DNA from: Eledone cirrhosa
Taxonomy: Eukaryota
DNA: 64,000 bases
Assembly (NCBI GenBank): GCA_964016885.1
Contig: OZ024756.1
Span: 5,084,001 to 5,148,000, forward strand
Direction: 5' to 3'
Position numbers and translations under genes: made by a program. Shown one piece after another: positions 56,109 to 64,000 of the stretch (within the stretch, counting starts at the first letter, position 1; every line of letters begins with the position of its first letter). The notes under the pieces are model-generated. The model did no database searches. It was not told where the DNA came from and saw nothing but the letters and a program-made list of their open reading frames with translations.

Positions 56109-57129
56109 TAACGTTATACGCATTTTAGACTCTTCTTTGAACAATCTATGACGATCATACTGTAAAGCATGTATCACTTTTAACAGTCCCGGCATGTCAA
56201 AACAAAAGTAAATAAAATCATTTTCAATTTTGAAGAATGCCAAGAGATCGCTTTTCCTGTTCCAATAAAAAGATATATTTGTTTCTTTCTGCAGCATATT
56301 CTTCTCTTTAAGTCTAGAAGCTAACAGTTCTGATAACTGTTTTGACAGGCCTAAGTCTCTAACTAAATTATTCAGTTCTGCCTGGTTGAAGTTTTCACGT
56401 TCCTTGGTTGCTGTATCTACAAAGACTGTGTTACTGTTATGTTCGTAATTTTCATCTGGAACACGTATATCTGATACACGTATATCACTTTCAGAATTCT
56501 AGTGAAGGTAATTCTGTGAAAACAGATACTGGTAGTTCATCTGAGTGAAGCACAGGACGAATTGTTGAATCCAGATTTGAGTAACTTATTTTCTGCCGAG
56601 TTTTCTTTCTATAACCAAAAGTTTTTGTGAGACAAAAGTAGCAAACACCTACATGGTTCTTTGGCTCCTACCATACCATAGGAATGACGAATGCTAGGTT
56701 TTTCCTTGTGCCCTTTGTCCATTAGCGTAGATTTTCGACACATTGTTTACATACACTGTGTGAGGCCCAAGATGTATCCTGATCACCAAGTTTAAGCTTA
56801 AAGGAAGCCAAGTATGCTCTTTTCACAAATTCACTAATGTTCATTCTTTGACTTGGTACTGTAAAACTACGGCATATAGAGCAAGAAGAGTCAGGGGAAT
56901 GCAAACAGTTTCTTTGTAATCAAGCCTTGCTACTAAACACCTGTTATTTCTTAACATCAATCTGAAAAGAGAGAAAATAATTATCAGATATAATATATTT
57001 ATATATTTAGGTAGGTGTATGAATGTATGAAGTGTTTCCGTAGTAAAAGTAAAGGAAAAGAGAGTGCTCTATGTAGGTGTATCTATCTAGGTGTATCTAG
57101 ATAGATACAGATATGTGTAAATACATATA

Positions 57130-57338
57130 AGGATCGATCGACTTTCGTCAAATCGGACCGAGGAAAGAATCTTTCCAGTTGCTAATACTATCTATCGGTC
57201 GCAACTCCAGGTAGAAAGAGTAACGTGAAATAAAATGTCTTGCTCAAGGACATAACGCATCACCCGGTCCAAGAATCGATCTCACGACCTCAAGATTGCG
57301 AATCCAATTCTCTAACCACTCAGCCACATGGCTTCACT
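57130..57338 (-). mobile_element. SINE family B
   Basis: Colinear with 12010-12222. Confidence 0.8.
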
Positions 57339-58205
57339 AAAAGCATAGCCAAAATAAAATATCAACATAAATTATTACCTATGATATTTCTTGTAGCTAT
57401 GAGTGGGGACTATATGGACCATCTCATAGATAAAAAAACTTGACGTGATAAAAAAACAATGTTGTCATCTTAAAAATGAGCGACCCCAAATTACTCGAGA
57501 ACAGGTCTCAAACTTAGGTCAGTAGAAAAAAGCAAAATTTTGTTGAGCAGTGTAATTCAGTAGAATTGTCCATATTTTTATTTCGGTAGTTCTAGAGGTA
57601 TTGCATTGCTCCAAAACCACAAAGCACTGAAATATATAGACCTAATAAAAAGTCATATATAATTAACTAAGGTCAATGCAAAACAATATATAACATTGAA
57701 CTGGCTGTTTTTTTTTGGAAAGTCTCCTGGAGTATATGAATAAAAGCTGTGTTATCTACAACAGAAATAGTGTAAAAAAGTATCATGTTTAGTATAGCAA
57801 GAAGCTGATATATTATAAAAGAGATAAATACTGAGGAAGATAATAACTTGGACAATTATTGTATTAACGGTAAATCTCAGACATTTAAACATGTAAATGA
57901 AATGTAAATAAACTGTTATATAAAATACTCAACAAGTTTCAAATGAACAAAACATTCAACAACAACCACAATGCAACACTGAGCAGTGACACTGATGAGG
58001 GGAAAATTAGGGACAAGGGTTTTTCATAAAAAAACATCAAGCGGAGGAAAAACAAATAGGGAGAGAAGATAGTTACTTGAAAGCAGTACATAAATTGAAA
58101 GCCACATATTAAAAAAAAAAAGAGAAAAACTGTTTTGTACAACGCTAACTACATTTCAGTGTCTGCTCAATCACAACTAAGTGTAGTGTCTATCTACTTC
58201 TCAAA

Positions 58206-58276
<71 letters not shown>

Positions 58277-58279
<3 letters not shown>

Positions 58280-58668
58280 CCGGCGAGCAACTGATTCGTT
58301 TTTTCAAATATCATTTTGAAGAAGAATCAGGATGGAGAGAGAGGTGCTGTACCCCAGCAAATTTTATAAAAGGTGGGTGAATGTGGCAAAGATGGCCCGA
58401 ATGGTTGGGCCTTCTCTCTATATAAGCCTGTAGGTTGAGGAAAGAGAGGAAGGGAGTACTCACTCTTGGTTCTCCAGGGGATGAGGGTTGTACATTTTTT
58501 CATGGTGTGTACAACCCCTGTGTAACGCCCCCCCCCTATTGGGGATATCAATTGTTATTTGTTATTTTATTAATAGTTTTATTTTCATATACCTGTATGT
58601 TAACTCCCTATTTGTATTTGTCCCCTTCTTTCGTGCCCTTGTGGCTAATAAAGAAATTTATCTATCTA
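58277..58668 (+). mobile_element. Non-LTR retrotransposon 3' end in (TATC)n
   Basis: Homologue of 51530-51966, flanked by (TATC)n on both sides. Confidence 0.55.
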
Positions 58669-58753
58669 TTTTCCTACGTAACTACATGTCTATTCATCTA
58701 CGCACCTATCGCTCTCTCGCGCTCTCTCTCTCTCTTTCGTTCTATCTATTGCG

Positions 58754-58798
<45 letters not shown>

Positions 58799-58901
58799 AT
58801 GTGTGTGTGTGTGTGTGTAATAGTTGACGCGCGTTGAAGAGAAAAGGTTATCCAATACCGAAGTAGAGATTAAACATTCATCTATTCTGTCTAATCCGTG
58901 A

Positions 58902-58954
58902 CTCTTACTACTCTGGAGTTTCACCTGTGGACTCACAGGGTCATCAGACAAGAA
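58902..58954 (-). ncRNA. Type I hammerhead ribozyme
   Basis: Minus strand: TTCTTGT CTGATGA cCCTGTG-AGTC-CACAGGt GAAA CTC-CA-GAG TA^ GTAAGAG. Confidence 0.8.
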
Positions 58955-59299
58955 CTAATCATTCTGTAATAGAGGCAGCACAAATGAGAAAAGTCTCAGG
59001 GGAGGGGGAGATATTCTCTCTTGCTGTTCATCTATGTGTGAATAAATTCTTCTTTCCGTCTCAGATTGTCCATCTCTTTCCTACGTTCCTCTCTCTGTTT
59101 GATAGTTTGTTCATCTCTCTCTCAGTCCATCTCCTGGTCTTATTGCGTCTACATTATTTATTTCTCTACGCCACGTTTTGTAAATATACGTCTGTGTGTC
59201 TGTCCAGCGTGTAATATATATATACACAAACGAACACACATGCATAAATATGTATATATTTTACAAATGAAAGAAAACACTATTTGGCCAATTACAGAA

Positions 59300-59600
59300 G
59301 CAATAGGTAATTACATTCCCGTTAGCTTTCATCTAATGAATACGCTTTGCTGCAGACTATTTTCCTTGATGAAAGCAAATCCAAATCAATATGAAGATAT
59401 TTGATCGTTTTGATCGATTCGACGAGTCTTTTGCTATCATCGCTTTCCAGTATGTTCGCATCATTATTAACGAAGTTTGTTATATCATGATAGATTGTCA
59501 AGTTATAAAGTGGGGCCAATATTCTATGGAGGTTTGATAATATTATTTTTTCCTCTTTTTGAGGTTTACACAGCGCAATCCATGCAGTAATCAACATGAC
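59300..59600 (-). mobile_element. Decayed CR1/L2-type LINE RT fragment
   Basis: LAPLYNLTIYHDI...ESDDSKR..SI....LHIDLDLL matches the motif B to ADD.K to LQ.DL layout. Confidence 0.5.
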
Positions 59601-59755
59601 AAAACATAAACGTCAACAGACTAATATAAATTGATTCTAGCTTGTGTATTTACCAAGGCAGCTTGGGGAGATTTCCACTAAATTAACGCTAACTTATGTT
59701 GCACATGCCTAAACAAGCAAAAGGGGAAAACGTGTTGGTTGCATATTTATCTACC

Positions 59756-59848
<93 letters not shown>

Positions 59849-60129
59849 AACTATATCTGTCTATCTATCTATCTATTTATGTATCGATCTATTTTCTTTC
59901 TATCTATCTATCGATCTATCTGTCTGTCTGCCTGTCTGCCTGTCTGTCTGTATGTCTGTCAATGTAAATAACGATCTATCTATCTATATCTATCTAAATA
60001 TACATTTGAATGTGTGTGTCCGTGTTGATGTAAGACAAACAAAATCACTAACACTTCTGAATGTACGTTTTTTATACATGAATATATAAATGTTTATGTA
60101 TTTATATATAAATATATATATACATACAC

Positions 60130-60253
<124 letters not shown>

Positions 60254-60303
60254 ATGTATTTGTGGGTGAGCATCCACCACGTTAAGAGCGAAAATAAATT
60301 TTG

Positions 60304-60341
<38 letters not shown>

Positions 60342-60529
60342 GGAAATCAGTAAAATCGAATCTCTGGCGGTTTGCAAGTAAATATATATATATATATATA
60401 TATGTAGGAGGTGAGTTTTATTGTAGTACAATAAAGCAATGCAGATATCGGATAAGAAGCACTCTACAGTTTGTAGGACTGGAGTATGCATAATATAAGA
60501 TCAAAAGATGGTTAAAGGAGTTCCATGTA

Positions 60530-60596
60530 TTTTATTATGCGCATTTCAAAAACAAACATCATCATGCAATAATATTTGTGTTTTCATCAGATAAAA
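60530..60596 (-). ncRNA. Type I minimal hammerhead ribozyme (left arm)
   Basis: Mirror of 60709-60775. Confidence 0.85.
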
Positions 60597-60708
60597 CAGG
60601 AGAACATGATATGAAGGCTAAAAAACACTTGTGGATAGTGCAGTTGATTTATGTTGATTTAAAACTGCACTATCCACAAGTGTTTTTTAGCCTTCATATC
60701 ATGTTCTG

Positions 60709-60775
60709 TTTTATCTGATGAAAACACAAATATTATTGCATGATGATGTTTGTTTTTGAAATGCGCATAATAAAA
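60709..60775 (+). ncRNA. Type I minimal hammerhead ribozyme (right arm)
   Basis: TTTTAT CTGATGA AAAcACAAATATTATT-GCAT-GATGATGTTTGTtTTT GAAA T-GCGC-A TA^ ATAAAA. Confidence 0.88.
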
Positions 60776-60867
60776 TACATGGAACTCCTTTAACCATCTT
60801 TTGATCTTATATTATATATATATATATATAATATATATATATATATATTTAGGCTACATAGGGAGTC

Positions 60868-60913
60868 CTGTTACTCTGGATTTTCGCTTGCTTATCACAG
60901 AGTCATCAGACAA
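60868..60913 (-). ncRNA. Degenerate hammerhead related to 58902
   Basis: Minus strand: TTGT CTGATGA ctctgtgataagcaagc GAAA ATC-CA-GAG TA^ ACAG. Stem II poorly paired. Confidence 0.5.
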
Positions 60914-60932
60914 CTGTCAACTACATACGGAT

Positions 60933-60981
60933 GGCTTTTACAGGACTAGAACTGTTTCATTCGAAGGATTATCAGGAAGCC
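60933..60981 (-). ncRNA. Degenerate hammerhead (family of 61102)
   Basis: Minus strand: GGCTTC CTGATAA tccttcgaat GAAA CAG-ttctagtc-CTG TA^ AAAGCC. Confidence 0.5.
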
Positions 60982-61031
60982 CTGATGATTTCATAAGTTA
61001 TATATATATATATATATTATATTTATTTATT

Positions 61032-61279
61032 TATCCCGGGTTCAATCGGGTGTAACCACATTAAGTAAGGTACTCAATACATAAATATATAATATAGGAA
61101 TGGCTTCTGCAGTACTAGAACCGTTTCATTCGGGAAAAATCATCAGGACGCCCATGAAGATTTCTTCCCGAATGAAACAGTTCTAGTCCTGTAGAAGCCA
61201 TTTCTATATTAAATATTTATACTCTGCTATGTATTGAGTAACTTACTTAATGTTGTTACACCCGATTGAACCCGGGATA
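61032..61279. mobile_element. Older fold-back HHR element with two diverged arms
   Basis: TATCCCGGGTTCAATCGGGTGTAAC ... GTTACACCCGATTGAACCCGGGATA. The arms give the consensus GGCTTC CTGATGA..GAAA CAG..CTG TA GAAGCC (minus copy at 61102-61152). Confidence 0.75.
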
Positions 61280-61514
61280 CACATACGCACACGCACACAC
61301 ACGCGCGCACACACACACGCATTCACATATATATGTATGTATAAAATAATATATGTGTATGTGTATGTATACACACATTGTGTGTCTGTGTGTCTGTGTG
61401 ACTGCATACACATCTCAGTCTTGAATGCGTGTTTGTCTATCTCATGAATATTCTATCTGTATCTTTGTTGTTCTTCATATACGTCAGGTATGTCTTCCTA
61501 CATACTACCTTCAG

Positions 61515-62060
61515 CCCTCAACCAACCAGCTTCCACCCATCCATCCACCCCACACTTCCACCCCACCCATCCACCCTACATCCGTCCACCTCCCCTCTAT
61601 CGACCTAACCCCCACCCACCACACGTCCAACCAACTCCCATCCATACACCCCCTCTCACCCATCCATCCAACTCCCACCCATCCACCCCAGATCCGTCCA
61701 CCTTCTCTCTATCGACCTAACCCCCACCCGTCCACCCCGCATCCTATCCATCTTCCCTCTCTCAACCTAAACCCCATCCACCGCACGTCCAACCAACTCT
61801 CACCCATCCACCCCACATCCGTCAACCTCCCCTCTATCGACATAACCCCCACCCACCACACGTCCAACTAACTCCCATCCATACACCCCCTCTCACCCAT
61901 CCATCCAACTCCCACCCATACACCCCACATCCGTCAACCTCCCCTCTATCGACATAACCCCCACCCACCACACCCCCAGCCATCCATCCAAACTCCCACC
62001 CATCCACCCCACATCCGTCCTTCTTCCCTCTATCAACCTAACCCACGTCCCACCTACCAT
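61515..62060. repeat. C-rich degenerate minisatellite
   Basis: Recurrent CCATCCACCCCACATCCGTC.ACCTCCCCTCTATCGAC.TAACCCCCACCC units. Confidence 0.85.
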
Positions 62061-62079
62061 CCGTTCACGCAGCCCCCCT

Positions 62080-62540
62080 CCATGCAGACGTTCAGCTCAT
62101 GCGTGATGTTCTCTTCATCATGAACCTCCAGTTTTTCCTAACGTTATATTCTTCTGCATGACATCCGGCCTGGTAACGTGACTAGAGTTATTCGGCTTTC
62201 TTTCACAATCAATTCTTCCAAAGAAACGCCAGGTATCACTTGCTGCAGTATTGATCAGTTTCTTCTTAATTTCTCTTCATGATATTCTGAATAATCTTCT
62301 TCAGAACAAAGTTTCGTCTGCATCAATTGTACTTCTTCTAACTCTCTCGTTAATTTGTCAAGGGTTCGCATCCATCCAATTGTTACTAGATGTACCATAG
62401 TTCGTATAAGTTTCTCCTTGATTCTCTGTGACACTGTTTCATTCTATATAATATTCAGCAGTTTCTCGCATGGCAACATGTCTAACAACTTATCTTCTGT
62501 TGCTTTCAAGTGATAACATTTTACAAGTTGCCAGAAGTAT
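62080..62540 (-). mobile_element. RTE/BovB-like LINE fragment (decayed)
   Basis: Translation with RRLFRIS*...N...HVTR.....ITLGK.GG resembles the RTE ORF C-terminal region. Confidence 0.5.
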
Positions 62541-62575
62541 ATACATACACACAAACACACATACATAGACATATT

Positions 62576-62657
<82 letters not shown>

Positions 62658-62775
62658 CATATATAAATAGATACATACATATATATATATATGTAAGTAT
62701 GTATGTATATATATGTGTATGTATGTATGTATGCATATATAAATAGATACATATATATATATGTAAGTATGTATG

Positions 62776-62832
<57 letters not shown>

Positions 62833-62899
62833 AAAATATATATAAATACATACATATATATATATATATGTATATGTACATACATATATATATGTATAT

Positions 62900-63165
62900 G
62901 TGAAGGTGAATGGCTTAGTGGTTAGAGCATTGGGCTTGCAATCGAAAGGTTGTGAGTTCAATTCTCGGACCGGGTGATGTGTTATTTCCTTGAGCAAGAC
63001 ACTTTATTTCACGTTGCTCCAGTTTAATCAGCTGTAGAAATGAGTACCGGCCTACCCGCCCAGCCAGTGGGATGGCGTTATCTTATGGCTAAAACAGCAC
63101 GACGTGCTGTGACCAGCGGCGCCGGTTGACGCCCGACAGACTGGTCGGTCAAGGTGATCAAGGTG
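62900..63165 (+). mobile_element. SINE family B-related (different 3' tail)
   Basis: TGGCTTAGTGGTTAG A-box, GAGTTCAATTC B-box, CCTTGAGCAAGACACTTTATTTCACGTTGCTCC body. Confidence 0.8.
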
Positions 63166-63245
<80 letters not shown>

Positions 63246-63246
<1 letters not shown>

Positions 63247-63855
63247 AAACATGAGAAGAAAGAAGAATACTGCGTGGTTGCACATGGGTTACATATGATA
63301 AAAACAGTCCTTCGTCAGTGATTTTCTAACCATCATTGGTATTTCATCGAATTAAAAATCATATACCTCAGGTTGGTGCGAGCAATAACTAAAATAAGTT
63401 ATTGGGACCAGTAAATCGCGTAAAGCGAGGGGGACAAGTAAACACCATAGAAGGATAAAAGCAAAGATAGGAAAATAACAAGCAACATGGTTGTCCGGTC
63501 AGCATAATCTGGGTGGATTTCATGAGCGAAAGGTACAGACCGTCCGATGTGAGTGAAATGTAAGCAAGAAGAGACCCACTACAAGCCAAACGGGAGGAAG
63601 TGAGAAGGGGAGAAACAGAGAGTGAGTGAGTGGAAGTGCGAGGAAGAGGTCAGTCGAGAGGAAGTGTAACTGACAGAGGGGGCGAAAGAAGGTAAGAGAA
63701 ACAGAGAGAACGGGGAAGCAGTAAGAGAGAAACAGACAAACGCAGCCGAGCTAAATATATATAAAAAACATGAGAAGAAAGAAGTATACTGCGTGGTTGC
63801 ACATGTGTTACATATGATAAAAATAGCCCTTCGTCAGTGATTTTCAAACCATCAT
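63246..63855 (-). mobile_element. Non-coding unit with 519-bp period (1.2 copies), decayed HHR-like motifs
   Basis: 63246-63335 recurs at 63765-63855; minus strand has ACCAAC CTGAGG..GAAA..GATGGT and CTGACGAAGG; (TA)n flanks. Confidence 0.6.
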
Positions 63856-64000
63856 ATAAATATATATATATATATAAATACATACATATATATATATATA
63901 TATAAAGACATATATATATGTATATATATATATATATAAATACATACATATATATACAGTTGAAAATTGCAAACTTGACTGTCACCACATATTATGAACC

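Larger units (their letters stand above)
54673..56925 (-). pseudogene. Transposase pseudogene (Chapaev3-type)
   Basis: C..SPD..C.IC; LGDQD.SWA.H.VC..C; F.IPMVW.EP.NH...CYFC; IRPV.HS; QGGYT.Y.CF.C..D.R; PLHIKLGLMKQ.VKAL; KIKAGVF; LGCNMS..IHF; GEHFHQDI..ME.RYQGRW....ADYCW. Several stops and frameshifts, plus a SINE insertion. Confidence 0.88.
54385..57552 (-). mobile_element. Chapaev3-like (CMC superfamily) DNA transposon, decayed
   Basis: Right terminus ...TTTTGTTGAGCAGTG (CACTG on minus). Degenerate subterminal inverted similarity between about 54440-54500 and 57437-57495. Internal transposase pseudogene. Left end approximate; family assignment is from remembered motifs. Confidence 0.65.
60402..60813. 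mobile_element. Asymmetric fold-back HHR element (inverted arms plus tail)
   Basis: 60491-60645 and 60663-60813 are near-perfect inverted repeats; the tail 60402-60490 has GAGTGC on minus; (TA)n flanks. Confidence 0.85.

Overview
Very AT-rich, microsatellite-saturated eukaryotic DNA; the repeat landscape resembles a coleoid cephalopod such as Octopus (inference only). No host protein-coding gene is recognisable, and almost all ORF-track entries are microsatellite artefacts. The real content is mobile DNA: three 5'-truncated Penelope-like retroelements (PLEs; RT and/or GIY-YIG endonuclease), a decayed Chapaev3-like DNA transposon, two non-autonomous Helitron-like elements, two tRNA-derived SINE families and LINE fragments. 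The most notable pattern is that the short 'unique' islands between (TA)n tracts are largely type-I hammerhead-ribozyme (HHR) cassettes (about 19 motifs found by eye, about 14 with intact cores, from many unrelated families). They occur as asymmetric fold-back palindromes or as 1.1-1.6-mer tandem units of 415-526 bp. Fold-back apexes repeatedly coincide with the ribozyme's own helices, and a GAGTRC-like motif recurs about 45-65 nt from the 3' ends. The largest example is a young PLE at 34059-42906 with 2.6-kb inverted arms. All coordinates and pairings were read manually and may be off by a few bases.
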